From NCBI GenBank assembly GCA_947085765.1, contig CAMTXZ010000004.1:17662-81661 (forward strand): 64,000 bases of DNA. The letters run 5' to 3'. Shown here piece by piece: positions 40,856-52,140 of this stretch; position 1 is the first letter of the stretch; each line of letters opens with the position of its first letter. The notes beneath the pieces are model-generated. The model saw nothing but the letters and a program-made list of their open reading frames with translations. It was not told the DNA's origin and did not search any database. This DNA is from an uncultured Chromatiaceae bacterium (GTDB lineage: Bacteria > Pseudomonadota > Gammaproteobacteria > Tenderiales > Tenderiaceae). The position numbers were made by a program, and so were the translations under genes.

Positions 40856-43042
40856 ATGCCTATCGCGCAGAATAAAGACAAGATCACACCCGACCTGCAA
40901 CGCATTCTGGATGCTTGTCATCATGATCCATTTTCAGTTTTGGGACGCCACAACGTTAATAAAACTGAAGACATTATCCGCGTCTTTTTGCCGCGCGCAG
41001 AGCAGGTCCGCATCGTCGATGGCGACATACCGCTGCAGCGCGTAGGCACTACCGATATCTTCCAGTGGCAGGGTGATGCATCTCAACTTCCCATTCGCTA
41101 TCGCCTCAGCTGGTTAAACGACCAGGGACAGAGGCAGACCGGCCACGATCCATACTGTTTTGAACCGATACTCTCCGAATACGATCTGCACCTGTTTGGC
41201 GAAGGCAAACACTGGCACGCTTACAGCTTTCTTGGCGCCAGAGTTATTGAGGCAGACGGTATCAGCGGAGTGTTATTTGCCACCTGGGCGCCCAATGCAG
41301 AACGCATTAGTATTGTGGGTGATTTTAATCACTGGGATGGGCGCTGCCACCCTATGCGTGTCCGTGGCGGCTCGGGAATATGGGAACTTTTTATTCCTGA
41401 TTTGTGCGCGGACGCCGTATACAAATTTGAGATTCGCAGCAATCGTGGCGGTCAAATACTACTCAAGTCTGACCCTTACGGACGTTGCTTTGAACTCCGC
41501 CCCAACACCGCTTCGATTGTCACAAACAATATTCCGTATGAGTGGCAAGACGATAACTGGATGAAGGAGCGTGCCGAGCGCGACTGGCTGCACACCCCGC
41601 TCTCTGTTTACGAGGTCCATCTGGGCTCCTGGCAGCTTGATGAACATGGCGGCTTTTTGAATTATCACGAACTGGCCATCAGATTAGTTGAGTATGTCAA
41701 AAAACTTGGTTTCACCCATATCGAACTACTGCCTATCACCGAACATCCGTTTGATGGCTCCTGGGGATATCAGACCATCGGTTACTATGCCCCAACAAGC
41801 CGCTTTGGAACTCCCGACGAGTTTCGTTTTTTTGTCGACTACTGCCACAAAAATGGCATTGGTGTTCTGCTCGACTGGGCACCCGGCCACTTCCCCAAAG
41901 ATGCCACCGGACTCGCCCATTTTGATGGAAGCGCACTCTATGAACATGAGGATCCACGTCTGGGCGAACACAAAGACTGGGGCACACTAATATTCAATTA
42001 TGGCCGTAACGAAGTGCGAAACTTCCTCTTCTCCAGTGCAATATATTGGTTAGAAGAGTTCCACATTGATGGCTTACGTGTTGATGCCGTTGCCTCAATG
42101 CTCTACCTCGACTACTCACGCAATGCGGGTGAGTGGGTGCCCAACAAGTACGGTGGCCGTGAGAATCTTGATGCCATCCATTTTGTACGCCAACTCAACG
42201 AGGTCACCCACGATCTCCATCCCGGCACTCTGATCATGGCAGAGGAGTCGACCTCCTGGCCGATGGTATCCCGCCCTATCTACCTCGGCGGTCTTGGCTT
42301 TAGCATGAAGTGGAACATGGGATGGATGAACGATACACTGCAATACATAAGCAAAGACCCGGTTCATCGGCACTACCACCACGACAAGTTAACCTTTAGC
42401 CTGCTCTACGCCTTTACCGAAAACTTCATTTTGCCCTTTTCTCATGATGAGGTGGTGCACGGAAAGGGCTCCATGCTCAGCAAAATGCCGGGGGACGAGT
42501 GGCAACGTTTTGCTAATCTGCGCCTGCTCTATTGTTATATGTTTACTCATCCAGGAAAGAAACTACTCTTCATGGGATGTGAGTTTGGTCAGGGGAGCGA
42601 GTGGAATCACGCCACCACACTCGACTGGTACGTGCTTGATTACCCCCTGCATCAGGGTGTTCAACAGCTGGTAGGCGATCTCAACAGCACCTACTGCAAC
42701 ACCCCAGCCTTGTACCGATCTGATTTTGAGCATCACGGTTTCGAGTGGATCGACTGTAACGACGCAGCTCAATCAGTTCTGGTCTATTTACGCCGCGATG
42801 GTGACGACTTCATCATCACCGCCCTGAACTTCACGCCCATGCCACGATTGAACTACCGTATAGGTGTGCCTGCTGCCGGTATTTATCAAGAGATAATCAA
42901 CACGGACTCCGAATATTATGGCGGCAGTAACCTGGGCAATAGCGGCGGCATTCACAGCGAACCCATCCAATGGATGGGACGACCCCACTCTATCGAGATA
43001 ACATTGCCGCCATTGGCAGGCGTGATAATACGACTAACGTAA
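40856..43042 (+). CDS. glgB: 1,4-alpha-glucan branching enzyme
   Basis: 728 aa with GH13_9 regions [38 protein letters not shown] and a CBM48 region ([22 protein letters not shown]). It is divergent from the glgC operon. Confidence 0.95.
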   Translation: MPIAQNKDKITPDLQRILDACHHDPFSVLGRHNVNKTEDIIRVFLPRAEQVRIVDGDIPLQRVGTTDIFQWQGDASQLPIRYRLSWLNDQGQRQTGHDPYCFEPILSEYDLHLFGEGKHWHAYSFLGARVIEADGISGVLFATWAPNAERISIVGDFNHWDGRCHPMRVRGGSGIWELFIPDLCADAVYKFEIRSNRGGQILLKSDPYGRCFELRPNTASIVTNNIPYEWQDDNWMKERAERDWLHTPLSVYEVHLGSWQLDEHGGFLNYHELAIRLVEYVKKLGFTHIELLPITEHPFDGSWGYQTIGYYAPTSRFGTPDEFRFFVDYCHKNGIGVLLDWAPGHFPKDATGLAHFDGSALYEHEDPRLGEHKDWGTLIFNYGRNEVRNFLFSSAIYWLEEFHIDGLRVDAVASMLYLDYSRNAGEWVPNKYGGRENLDAIHFVRQLNEVTHDLHPGTLIMAEESTSWPMVSRPIYLGGLGFSMKWNMGWMNDTLQYISKDPVHRHYHHDKLTFSLLYAFTENFILPFSHDEVVHGKGSMLSKMPGDEWQRFANLRLLYCYMFTHPGKKLLFMGCEFGQGSEWNHATTLDWYVLDYPLHQGVQQLVGDLNSTYCNTPALYRSDFEHHGFEWIDCNDAAQSVLVYLRRDGDDFIITALNFTPMPRLNYRIGVPAAGIYQEIINTDSEYYGGSNLGNSGGIHSEPIQWMGRPHSIEITLPPLAGVIIRLT

Positions 43043-43074
43043 CTGCCCCTCTGCGCAAACAGGTCTGACGTTCA

Positions 43075-43788
43075 TCAGGCCAGCAGTGACATCGTCCCGA
43101 TCAAAGCCAGCGGCCATAACCACTGCAAAAGTGGCGGGGCCGCCTCAATATCAACTTCAATCATCTGACAATGCTCTTGCTCCCCTCGTAGCAGGACATC
43201 ACTCACCAGCGCCGCCGCAACGGCGGCGTAACCGCGCAGATCACCACGCCTCAAGGTATTTTTTTTCAGTTGTTCGCCAATATACTGCTGCACCCCCTCA
43301 AGCGCCGTCAGTATCAGCGTCACCCTGACAACAAAACGCTCGCGGGAAAAACCGATCATTGTGAGTGGCGTCAATAGCCAATAGAGCGCAGATACCAGTT
43401 GAGTTCTGGTTGTTGCCCATAATAACCACTGCACCGCCAACACCATCATCATCAACGCCAGCAGCCTGTGCCCCCCCAGCAGAACCCCCTCAACAGTCGG
43501 CATCCACCAGTGCATCAAGGCGCTCTCTCCCCAAAGCGCCCGTCCCGGCGTCAGCCAAGCATAAACAACTACAATCGAGAGGAAAAACCAGCGCATGCGG
43601 CGCAGCATAGGCAAGGCATTAACGAGACAGCCAAACCCTGCCATAAGGTAAAAAACAAACAAAAGGAGAGCGGCAACAGCAAGCTGGACCAGATTGCCCA
43701 GCGCTAAAAACAGGCTAAATATGAGGAAGAAGATGATGCGAACAACCGGGTGCACGGAGGGGAACCGGCCAATTTCCATGCCCATCAA
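43075..43788 (-). CDS. Polytopic inner-membrane protein, possibly CbiQ/EcfT-like
   Basis: 237 aa with 5-6 hydrophobic helices. HPVVRIIFFLIFSLFL near the N-terminus and a loop-helix segment (FSRERFVVRVTLILTALEGVQ) loosely resemble ECF transporter T components. No ECF ATPase or S component is nearby. Coding is likely; the function assignment is weak. Confidence 0.45.
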   Translation of the reverse strand: MMGMEIGRFPSVHPVVRIIFFLIFSLFLALGNLVQLAVAALLLFVFYLMAGFGCLVNALPMLRRMRWFFLSIVVVYAWLTPGRALWGESALMHWWMPTVEGVLLGGHRLLALMMMVLAVQWLLWATTRTQLVSALYWLLTPLTMIGFSRERFVVRVTLILTALEGVQQYIGEQLKKNTLRRGDLRGYAAVAAALVSDVLLRGEQEHCQMIEVDIEAAPPLLQWLWPLALIGTMSLLA

Positions 43789-43791
43789 AAA

Positions 43792-46464
43792 TCAGGATAT
43801 CTGACGCATCAACTGCTCAGCTTCCTGGCGGTGGCTGCTGCCCCCCTCTTTAACAACCTCATCCAGTATCAAGAGGGCGCCACTCTGGTCGCCCATATCA
43901 ATGTAAGCGCGCGCCAAATCAAGCTTGGTGCCCACAATATCATCCGCACCTTGAAAAATATCGCTTTCAGGCTCCTCATCCTGCTGATCAGACACACTTT
44001 CGTCCAGGCTCAAATGATCTACATTTTTGACGCCAGCGCTATCATTTACCACATTAGCAACGGGCACATAGCCACCATCCATCTCCGTTTTAACATCACG
44101 CGACTGAAACGAAGAGATTGCCGGAGCAATGGTCCAATCATCACTTTCACTGTCACCTTTGACAGGGTCAACCGCTGCTGGCGATTCACCCAGCTGGTCA
44201 ACATCAGCTCCTGAGATCAGATCATCAAAACCATTTCCATCAATATTAAACTCATCCAGTGAGGTGAGCGGCAGCTGCTCATCACCACCCGGCGCGATAA
44301 CATCGTCCGTTTCCAACTCTTCATCTACTGCCACAACGTCGGCATCAAGAGAAAACTTCTGCTCGTCAGGAAAATCCATCTCATCCAACGAGGTCAAATT
44401 CTGCTCAGTCATCTCCAGCTCAACCGAGCGCTCAGCAGCCTCGTCATCATCGAGTGAAGAGATACTCAAACTACTGGCCAAATCATCATCACTCAGATCA
44501 AACGAAAATTCATCAGCAAAATCGGAATGACTTTTTTCAGAAACAACCTCCTTATCCGAAGCTACAGCAACACCGCTTAAGCCGGCTAATGCCACGCTGC
44601 TCACAACCACTGCGCCGGGAGCCCCTGACGCCTCGGCAAAGAGCGGGTGCTCTGCAGCAATCTCCCGTCCCATCTCAACTGCTTGCGCCCAGAGGTCATC
44701 CTCCTGTCCCCCAAGAGAGGCATACAGGGCCTCGGCTTGAGCTTCAAAAGCATCCTTATCTTTCGTTGTGAAATAGATCTCCAGCAGTTTTAATTTCAGT
44801 TCACTTCGGCTGCCGTCCTGACGAATCGCCTCTTTCAGAAGGGCTTCTGCCTGTTCATAACGACGATAGGCGAGATAAACGTCAGCCTCTGCGATTGGGT
44901 CAATCTCACTCTCTTCCGCCTGAAGCATGCCCATACTAGAGGCCACGTTAAAATCTGGAGTGGCGGCTTCATCTATCACCTCACCAAAGTCTTGCTCATC
45001 CAGAATAGGTTTTGCCACTACTGCAGCACCACCGGCAACCTTTGCTACATTGGGCATACTATCGAACCCGGAAGGGGGTTCAACACGACTCGTATCGTCC
45101 GCATCATGCGATTCTGCCTGACGGCGCCGGCGAATAAGCGCCACCACCAGAAGAAGTAACAGGGGTCCACCTGCTGCTGCGGCCAGAAGAATCGGATCAG
45201 CCATTATTTGATCAATTAAGGTGGGCTCAGGGGCAGCCGCCTCACTATCCGTTTTAGCTTCGCTAGGCGCTGGCGCAACCGCCACTGCTGCCTGAGGATC
45301 TGCCACGTCAGCCGCTGACTCCTTCGGCCCGTCCCCTCGTTGGAGTGTACTCAAGGTATCACCCTTGAGCGTTAACAGGCGCTGCACGGCCTCCAGCTGA
45401 CTCTCAAGATCAACAAGACGTGCCTTAAGGTCGGCGTTTTCCCGTTTAGCAACCTCGGCGGTTTCTAACGCCAGGGCCAGCTGTCCGGTAACACCCCCTT
45501 TGCCCCCCACTGACGAACCCGCACCACCCTGCTCTTTTGCATCTTCAGGTGAAAGCAGTTTCAAGCGGGCGTTTGTGCTGGCGGCAGTGCCAGGAGCCAC
45601 CTTTGCTGGAGCCGCAGGTGCAATCACAGCGGCGGCCTGTTGGCGCTGATTAACTGAGGATGAGTCGACATCCGCAGCCTGCCACGCCTGATACTGACGA
45701 TTGGTCTCAGCGACAGCTTCAGAGCTGGAGATAGAGTTGATCATATCCATAGAGGGCGCGCGCAAAATGTGCCCGGCCTTCAATTTATTCACGTTGTCGT
45801 CAATAAATGCGTCAGGATTCTCTTTCAACAGAGCCATCATCATCTGTGGAACGGATACCGAACTGCCTGGGCGCATCTCCCGCGCCACATGCCATAACGT
45901 ATCTGTACGGGTCGTAGGACCATAACTACCCACGGCTCGCGGCGCTGACTTGACCGCCGCAGCTGCTGTACTGACCACTTTTTTCTGACCACGATCAATA
46001 GCGGCAGACTGCGTCTTGGCTGCTTTTACCGGCGCAACCGCCTGGCTATCATCAAAAACGGGGGGGTCGAGCAGCAGTGTATATTCGCGCATCAGCTGGC
46101 CATTAGACCAACTGGCCATCAGTATCAAATCGAGGAAAGGCTCACGTATCGGGGTATCGGACAGTATGGTTATGTAAGGGGCGCCGGCTCCCTGGGTCAC
46201 CACACCAAAGCGCAGATCACGCAGAGCTGCCGTCCGCTCTATCCCCATTCGGCTAAAAGCCTCGTTTGAGGCCAGAGCAACCCGCAATGCACTCAGCTCG
46301 GCAGCTGTAGTGGAGAGCAGCCTGATTTGCGCCTTGAGGGGTTCATTCAGAGCCGAATGGACTTCAATCTCCCCCATTCCCAGGGCATACACCGCGGCTG
46401 AAGGCATCACCATACATGCACTCAGCGCCACAGCTAGCCGACGTTTTTTAAATCCCTTAAGCAA
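43792..46464 (-). CDS. fimV: FimV/HubP-family peptidoglycan-binding polar scaffold protein
   Basis: It has a signal peptide and a FimV N-terminal region (LGMGEIEVHSALNEPLKAQIRL...LLLDPP). The LysM domain is YGPTTRTDTLWHVAREM...LKAGHILRAP, followed by a TM helix (ILLAAAAGGPLLLLLVVALI). There is a long acidic region, and the FimV C-terminal motif is TKLDLARAYIDMGDQSGALLILDEVVKEG. The TTG start at 46464 has GAGG upstream. It is downstream of asd, as in Pseudomonas. Confidence 0.9.
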   Translation of the reverse strand: MLKGFKKRRLAVALSACMVMPSAAVYALGMGEIEVHSALNEPLKAQIRLLSTTAAELSALRVALASNEAFSRMGIERTAALRDLRFGVVTQGAGAPYITILSDTPIREPFLDLILMASWSNGQLMREYTLLLDPPVFDDSQAVAPVKAAKTQSAAIDRGQKKVVSTAAAAVKSAPRAVGSYGPTTRTDTLWHVAREMRPGSSVSVPQMMMALLKENPDAFIDDNVNKLKAGHILRAPSMDMINSISSSEAVAETNRQYQAWQAADVDSSSVNQRQQAAAVIAPAAPAKVAPGTAASTNARLKLLSPEDAKEQGGAGSSVGGKGGVTGQLALALETAEVAKRENADLKARLVDLESQLEAVQRLLTLKGDTLSTLQRGDGPKESAADVADPQAAVAVAPAPSEAKTDSEAAAPEPTLIDQIMADPILLAAAAGGPLLLLLVVALIRRRRQAESHDADDTSRVEPPSGFDSMPNVAKVAGGAAVVAKPILDEQDFGEVIDEAATPDFNVASSMGMLQAEESEIDPIAEADVYLAYRRYEQAEALLKEAIRQDGSRSELKLKLLEIYFTTKDKDAFEAQAEALYASLGGQEDDLWAQAVEMGREIAAEHPLFAEASGAPGAVVVSSVALAGLSGVAVASDKEVVSEKSHSDFADEFSFDLSDDDLASSLSISSLDDDEAAERSVELEMTEQNLTSLDEMDFPDEQKFSLDADVVAVDEELETDDVIAPGGDEQLPLTSLDEFNIDGNGFDDLISGADVDQLGESPAAVDPVKGDSESDDWTIAPAISSFQSRDVKTEMDGGYVPVANVVNDSAGVKNVDHLSLDESVSDQQDEEPESDIFQGADDIVGTKLDLARAYIDMGDQSGALLILDEVVKEGGSSHRQEAEQLMRQIS

Positions 46465-46613
46465 TGTCTAGCCTCGAATTTGATCCCAACAATTAATCTG
46501 CCTTGAATATTGGCGACACCAAGTTAACGTTCCAGTAACTCTTTCGGCCAAATCCGGCCGAATCTTAACCATTCAACCAAACTCCCGCAGAAAAAATTAA
46601 AAATGCCCGCCAA

Positions 46614-47642
46614 CTATTGTTGCAAGTACTCTTTTATCAAAATTTCCGCAATCTGAACACTATTCAATGCAGCTCCCTTGCGAATGTTATCGGCGACCAC
46701 CCATAAATTTAAACCCAGGGGATTACTTGTATCTTTACGAATTCTTCCGACAAATATCGTGTCCTGCCCAACAGCATCCACAGCCGGGGTTGGATACCCT
46801 CCATCTTCCAGCTCATCCACCACCTCAATGCCCGGGGCTGCCTGTAACAGAAGCAGAGCAGCCTCTGAATCCAGCTCACCGGCCAGTTCAATATGCACAG
46901 CCATGGCATGGCCATGAAAAACAGATACCCGCACCGCTGTTGCATTGATTTTAAGCGCGTCGTCGTCTAGTAGCTTTTGTGTCTCCCAACGCAACTTCAT
47001 CTCTTCACGGGTTGAGCCGTCGTCGAAAAAACTGCCAATTTGCGGGATCAGATTGAAGGCGATCTGCGCCGGAAAAATCTTATGCTCAACCGGTTTCATG
47101 TTGAACATTGCCGTCGCCTGTCCAGCCAGCTCCTCCACCCCTGGCCGATCCTTACCGGAGGCTGCCTGCATAGTGACCACATTGACACGATCGATACCAA
47201 CAGCCCTTTGCAACGGCTTTAGCACCGTCGCCAGCATCAAGGCACAACTGCTGGGGTTGGCAATGATAGATTGCTGGCGATAATCGTTTAGCCGCTCCGG
47301 GTTCACCTCGGGCACTACCAGCGGCACATCGTTCTCAAGACGGAATGCCGGGCTGTCATCCATAACCACACAGCCAGCGGCCGTTGCCCGTGGCACATAC
47401 TCCTCGGCAATCTCCTCATCAGCACAGAAGAAGGCGATCTCCACCTTGGCAAAGTCAAAGCTGTCCAACGCCTCAACTCGAACGCCCTTATCACGGAAAG
47501 TGACTCGGCCACCCCCGTCGTCAGACGCGGCATAGATCTGTGCTACTGGAAAGTCGCGCTCCTCCAGTAGATTCAACAACGCCTCACCTACCAGGGTCGA
47601 GGGACCAACAACCACTATATTATAAGAACTCAACCGAATCAT
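46614..47642 (-). CDS. Aspartate-semialdehyde dehydrogenase paralog (USG-1-like)
   Basis: 342 aa with the semialdehyde dehydrogenase fold: [42 protein letters not shown]. Its ATG overlaps the asd stop (ATGA). Confidence 0.8.
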   Translation of the reverse strand: MIRLSSYNIVVVGPSTLVGEALLNLLEERDFPVAQIYAASDDGGGRVTFRDKGVRVEALDSFDFAKVEIAFFCADEEIAEEYVPRATAAGCVVMDDSPAFRLENDVPLVVPEVNPERLNDYRQQSIIANPSSCALMLATVLKPLQRAVGIDRVNVVTMQAASGKDRPGVEELAGQATAMFNMKPVEHKIFPAQIAFNLIPQIGSFFDDGSTREEMKLRWETQKLLDDDALKINATAVRVSVFHGHAMAVHIELAGELDSEAALLLLQAAPGIEVVDELEDGGYPTPAVDAVGQDTIFVGRIRKDTSNPLGLNLWVVADNIRKGAALNSVQIAEILIKEYLQQ

Positions 47643-48760
47643 GCCTCCAGCAAAATACGCAACATGCGGCGCAGCGGTTCAGCCGCGCCCCATAACAATT
47701 GATCGCCGACTGTGAAGGCGGAGAGATACTGCGGCCCCATATTGAGCTTACGCATACGCCCAACCGGAACAGTTAATGTACCTGTGACCGCCGTAGGGGT
47801 CAGCTCTTTCATGGTGAGCTCGCGATCATTCGGCACGACCTTCACCCAGTCATTGTGGGCGGCGATGATGCCATGAATCTCATCCAGGGGTACATCTTTG
47901 GTCATTTTGATGGTCAGAGCCTGACTGTGACAGCGCATGGCACCGACACGGACACAAAGCCCGTCTATTGGGATCTGCCTGTCGCTACGGCCGAGAATTT
48001 TATTGCACTCCACCTGCGCCTTCCACTCCTCCTTGCTCTGCCCGGACTCAAGCTGCACATCGATCCATGGGATCAGAGAACCCGCCAACGGCACCGGCCA
48101 GGCATCGAGCGGATAGTCGCTGGAGCGGATGAACTCAGCCGTCTTTTTGTCGATCTCCAGGATCGCCGAGGCAGGGTCATCAATCAGCGACTTCACATTG
48201 GCGTTGACTGCCCCCATCTGCTGGATCAATTCACGCATGTTGCGGGCACCCGCACCCGAAGCGGCCTGGTAGGTCATGGGGCTGATCCACTCGATCAACC
48301 CCGCCTCAAACAGACCACCGATGGCCATCAGCATCAGACTAACCGTACAGTTGCCGCCAACGTAGGTCTTGACGCCGTTGGCGATGCCGTCTTGAATCAC
48401 GTTTTTATTGACTGGATCGAGCACGATGATGGCATCGTCCTTCATCCGCAGCGTTGAGGCGGCATCGATCCAGTAACCGTTCCAACCAGCCGCACGCAGT
48501 GGGCCGTAGATCGCCTTGGTATAGTCGCCGCCCTGGCAAGAGATGATCACATCCATCGCCTTCAGCGCATCAATGCTGTTGGCGTCTTTGAGTGCCGCGA
48601 CCGCTTTGCCGATGTTAGGGCCGGGCTGACCGGGCTGCGAGGTGGTGAAAAACACCGGCTCGATATGGGCAAAGTCGTCCTCTTCACGCATGCGCTGCAT
48701 CAGCACCGAACCGACCATGCCGCGCCAACCGATCAAACCTACTGTTTTCATCTCATTCAT
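47639..48760 (-). CDS. asd: Aspartate-semialdehyde dehydrogenase
   Basis: [35 protein letters not shown] (active-site Cys), [13 protein letters not shown] and [10 protein letters not shown] match the E. coli-type Asd. Confidence 0.95.
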   Translation of the reverse strand: MNEMKTVGLIGWRGMVGSVLMQRMREEDDFAHIEPVFFTTSQPGQPGPNIGKAVAALKDANSIDALKAMDVIISCQGGDYTKAIYGPLRAAGWNGYWIDAASTLRMKDDAIIVLDPVNKNVIQDGIANGVKTYVGGNCTVSLMLMAIGGLFEAGLIEWISPMTYQAASGAGARNMRELIQQMGAVNANVKSLIDDPASAILEIDKKTAEFIRSSDYPLDAWPVPLAGSLIPWIDVQLESGQSKEEWKAQVECNKILGRSDRQIPIDGLCVRVGAMRCHSQALTIKMTKDVPLDEIHGIIAAHNDWVKVVPNDRELTMKELTPTAVTGTLTVPVGRMRKLNMGPQYLSAFTVGDQLLWGAAEPLRRMLRILLEA

Positions 48761-48779
48761 CCCTTAATAACGTTATTCA

Positions 48780-49850
48780 CTACAGCGCAGCAACCACCGC
48801 ATCACCCATCTCGGTGCAGCCCACACGACGCATACCTTCGCTGAAGATGTCGCTGGTGCGGTAGCCCTGTTGCAACACCTTGCGCACCGCATCATCAACA
48901 CGCTGTGCCATCACCTCATTAGCAAAAGTGTAGCGCAACATCATGGCGACCGAGAGAATGGTTGCCAGCGGATTGGCAATATTTTTACCGGCAATGTCGG
49001 GCGCAGAGCCGTGAATCGGTTCGTACATGCCCTTGTTGTTCTGGTCCAGCGAGGCAGATGGCAACATGCCGATGGAGCCGGTCAGCATTGAAGCGGCATC
49101 CGAGAGGATGTCACCAAAGATGTTACCAGTAACGATCACGTCGAACTGCTTGGGCGCCCGTACCAGCTGCATGGCGGCATTATCCACATACATGTGGCTC
49201 AGCGCCACATCGGGGTACTCCTTAGATACCTCAATAACTACCTCTTTCCACAGCTCGCTGCACTCCAGCACGTTGGCCTTCTCGACGGAGCAGAGTTTTT
49301 TGTCGCGTTTCATGGCGATGTTGAAGGCAACGTGGGCAACACGGCGCACCTCCGACTCGGAATAGAGCATGGTATTAAAACCAACACGCTCGCCGTTGCG
49401 CACCTCAATACCACGCGGCTGACCAAAATAGATGTCGCCGGTCAGTTCACGCACGATCATGATGTCCAGCCCCGCCACCACCTCCGGCTTCAGGGTTGAA
49501 GCCTCAGCCAGTTCCGGGTAGAGCAGCGCCGGGCGCAGATTGGCAAACAGGTTCAGCTCTTTGCGGATGCGCAGCAGGCCACGCTCAGGGCGCAATGGCC
49601 GATCCAGCTTGTCATACTGCGGACCACCCACAGCACCCAACAATATTGCATCGGCAGCCTTGGCCAGTTTGAGTGTGGAGTCGGGTAACGGATCACCCTC
49701 GGCATCGTAACCCGCACCGCCGATGGTGCCATACTCCATCTCAATATCCAGTCCGTGGCGGCTCTTCAGTGCATCCAGAACCTTGACCGCCTCACGCACG
49801 ATCTCGGGGCCAATACCATCACCAGGAAGAACTGCGATTTTTTTTGTCAT
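48780..49850 (-). CDS. leuB: 3-isopropylmalate dehydrogenase
   Basis: [51 protein letters not shown] and GSAPDIAGK motifs. ATG 49850 was chosen over the upstream alternative start. Confidence 0.95.
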   Translation of the reverse strand: MTKKIAVLPGDGIGPEIVREAVKVLDALKSRHGLDIEMEYGTIGGAGYDAEGDPLPDSTLKLAKAADAILLGAVGGPQYDKLDRPLRPERGLLRIRKELNLFANLRPALLYPELAEASTLKPEVVAGLDIMIVRELTGDIYFGQPRGIEVRNGERVGFNTMLYSESEVRRVAHVAFNIAMKRDKKLCSVEKANVLECSELWKEVVIEVSKEYPDVALSHMYVDNAAMQLVRAPKQFDVIVTGNIFGDILSDAASMLTGSIGMLPSASLDQNNKGMYEPIHGSAPDIAGKNIANPLATILSVAMMLRYTFANEVMAQRVDDAVRKVLQQGYRTSDIFSEGMRRVGCTEMGDAVVAAL

Positions 49851-49881
49851 GGAAGTAACTCTCAAATTAGGTTTTTAATGA

Positions 49882-49934
49882 GTCGCCGCTGGCGACGACT
49901 TGGTGGGTTACGGCTATCGCCTCACCCACCCTAC
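49882..49934. repeat. REP-like double hairpin in the leuD-leuB spacer
   Basis: GTCGCC-GCT-GGCGAC (49882-49896) is followed by GGTGGGT-N15-ACCCACC-CTAC (49902-49934). The half-motif CCCACCCTAC recurs at 12311-12320, just after folE2. Confidence 0.55.
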
Positions 49935-49948
49935 ATTATCTGTCCGAG

Positions 49949-50587
49949 TCAATTAAACAGCCAAGGTGCGCTCACCCGGCGTTTGGTCTCGTAGGCCTTG
50001 ATCTCTTCAACATGCTGCAAGGTCAGGCCGATATCGTCCAGGCCATTGAGCAGACAGTGTTTACGAAAGGCGTCCACCTCAAAGCTAAACGTCTCACCAC
50101 TCGGTGTCACCACCTGCTGGTTGGCCAGATCTATCTTGAGACGGTAGCCTACCGTTGCAGCACTCTCCTGAAAGAGTCTATCCACAATCGCAACATCAAG
50201 TTTGATCGGTAACAGGCCATTTTTGAAGCAGTTATTGTAGAAGATATCGCCAAAGCTGGGCGCAATAATGGCGCGAAAACCGTAGTCTTCCAACGCCCAC
50301 GGCGCATGTTCACGCGATGATCCGCAACCGAAATTGTCACGACCCAGCAGCACCTGCGCCCCCTGATAACGTGGCTGATTGAGTACAAACTCAGGGTTCA
50401 ACGGCCGCTTGCTGTTATCCATGCCCGGCTCGCCACGGTCAAGATAACGCCACTCATCGAAGAGGTTGGGACCAAAGCCGGAGCGTTTGATCGACTTCAA
50501 GAACTGCTTCGGAATAATCGCATCGGTATCGACGTTGGAACGATCGATGGGTGCTGCCAAACCAGTCACTGTAATAAATTTTTCCAT
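49949..50587 (-). CDS. leuD: 3-isopropylmalate dehydratase small subunit
   Basis: 212 aa with [29 protein letters not shown] and the G(F/I)[12 protein letters not shown] motif. Confidence 0.95.
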   Translation of the reverse strand: MEKFITVTGLAAPIDRSNVDTDAIIPKQFLKSIKRSGFGPNLFDEWRYLDRGEPGMDNSKRPLNPEFVLNQPRYQGAQVLLGRDNFGCGSSREHAPWALEDYGFRAIIAPSFGDIFYNNCFKNGLLPIKLDVAIVDRLFQESAATVGYRLKIDLANQQVVTPSGETFSFEVDAFRKHCLLNGLDDIGLTLQHVEEIKAYETKRRVSAPWLFN

Positions 50588-50599
50588 GATCGTTACCCC

Positions 50600-52015
50600 T
50601 TAATCCAATTCACGCACATCAACAAAGTGGCCAGCCACTGCTGCTGCTGCCGCCATTGCCGGACTTACCAGATGGGTGCGACCACCCTGTCCCTGGCGCC
50701 CTTCGAAGTTACGGTTGGAGGTGGAGGCACAGCGCTCGCCAGGCTCCAGCCGGTCGGTATTCATCGCCAGGCACATGGAACAACCTGGCTCGCGCCACTC
50801 AAAACCAGCTTCGATGAAGATCTTATCCAGCCCCTCCTCCTCCGCCTGCTTCTTCACCAGCCCCGAGCCTGGCACCACCATCGCCAACATGACATTGGCA
50901 GCCACCTTACGACCCTTGGCCACGGCGGCGGCGGCACGCATATCTTCGATTCGGGCGTTGGTGCAGGAGCCGATAAAGACCTTATCGATGGCGATCTCAC
51001 AGATCGGCGTATTGGCCGTCAGCCCCATGTAGGCGAGCGACTTCTCCATACCGGTCCGTTTTACCAGATCCGGCTCGGCCGCTGGATCGGGCACCTTGTC
51101 GCCCACCGCCACCACCATCTCAGGCGAGGTGCCCCAGGTGACCTGCGGTTCGATCTCGGCACCATTCAGCTCCACCACTGCATCGAACTTGGCATCGGCA
51201 TCACTGTGCAGCTCCTTCCAGGCGGCGACAGCGGCATCCCACTGACTCGCCTTGGGGGCGTAAGGGCGCCCTTTTACATACGCCATGGTCTTGCTATCCA
51301 CCGCCACCACACCGGAGCGGGCACCCGCTTCGATGGCCATGTTGCAGACGGTCATACGTCCCTCGACAGTGAGCGCCATAATCGCCTCACCACCAAACTC
51401 AATGGCGTAGCCGGTACCGCCAGCGGTGCCGATCTTGCCGATGATCGCCAGCACGATATCCTTGGCAGTGATACCCGGACCCACCTTGCCATTCACCTTG
51501 ATCAACATGTTCTTTGATTTTTTCTGGATCAGGCACTGGGTCGCCATCACGTGTTCGACCTCGGAGGTGCCGATGCCGTGGGCCAGCGCCCCCAGCGCCC
51601 CGTGGGTGGAGGTGTGAGAATCACCACAGACCACCGTCATGCCCGGCAGGGTCGCCCCCTGCTCCGGCCCCACCACATGCACGATCCCCTGACGCAGATC
51701 GTTCATCTTGAATTCGGTGATGCCAAAGAAGTTGCAGTTTGCATCCAGCGTCTCGACCTGGATCCTGGAGACAGGATCAACGATGCCCGCCACCCCCGCC
51801 GCCTGGCCCGTGGTCGGCACATTGTGGTCTGGCGTCGCCAGGTTGGTCTCGACACGCCACGGTTTGCGCCCCGCCAGACGCAGCCCCTCAAAGGCCTGCG
51901 GTGAGGTCACCTCATGCACCAACTGCCGATCGATGTAAATCAGGCAACTGCCATCATCGTTCTGGCGCACCAGATGGGCGTCCCACAACTTGTCGTATAA
52001 CGTCTTGGCGGTCAT
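50600..52015 (-). CDS. leuC: 3-isopropylmalate dehydratase large subunit
   Basis: [48 protein letters not shown] and [10 protein letters not shown] (Fe-S cysteines). ATG 52015 has GGAAGGAG upstream. Confidence 0.95.
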   Translation of the reverse strand: MTAKTLYDKLWDAHLVRQNDDGSCLIYIDRQLVHEVTSPQAFEGLRLAGRKPWRVETNLATPDHNVPTTGQAAGVAGIVDPVSRIQVETLDANCNFFGITEFKMNDLRQGIVHVVGPEQGATLPGMTVVCGDSHTSTHGALGALAHGIGTSEVEHVMATQCLIQKKSKNMLIKVNGKVGPGITAKDIVLAIIGKIGTAGGTGYAIEFGGEAIMALTVEGRMTVCNMAIEAGARSGVVAVDSKTMAYVKGRPYAPKASQWDAAVAAWKELHSDADAKFDAVVELNGAEIEPQVTWGTSPEMVVAVGDKVPDPAAEPDLVKRTGMEKSLAYMGLTANTPICEIAIDKVFIGSCTNARIEDMRAAAAVAKGRKVAANVMLAMVVPGSGLVKKQAEEEGLDKIFIEAGFEWREPGCSMCLAMNTDRLEPGERCASTSNRNFEGRQGQGGRTHLVSPAMAAAAAVAGHFVDVRELD

Positions 52016-52114
52016 AACTACTCCTTCCACTATTATTTTGAAGTTTTGTAACAATGGCAGCCATCTTAGCCCTGGGCTATTGATAACTCAAATTCATATT
52101 ATTCATGCAAAGCA

Positions 52115-52129
52115 TTCCATACTGGAATA
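52115..52129. promoter_or_regulatory. Candidate LysR-type T-N11-A operator in the leuC / LysR divergent region
   Basis: ATTCCA-TAC-TGGAAT is a perfect 6-bp dyad whose core TTCCATACTGGAA fits T-N11-A. It lies 12 nt upstream of the LysR start and about 100 nt upstream of leuC. Confidence 0.4.
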
Positions 52130-52140
52130 CAGTAGCGCTA

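Noticed and set aside
52016-52140. Leucine leader peptide or attenuator upstream of leuC
   Set aside because: There is no short ORF with consecutive Leu codons and no terminator/antiterminator hairpins in the 125-bp spacer. Control is more plausibly through the divergent LysR regulator.
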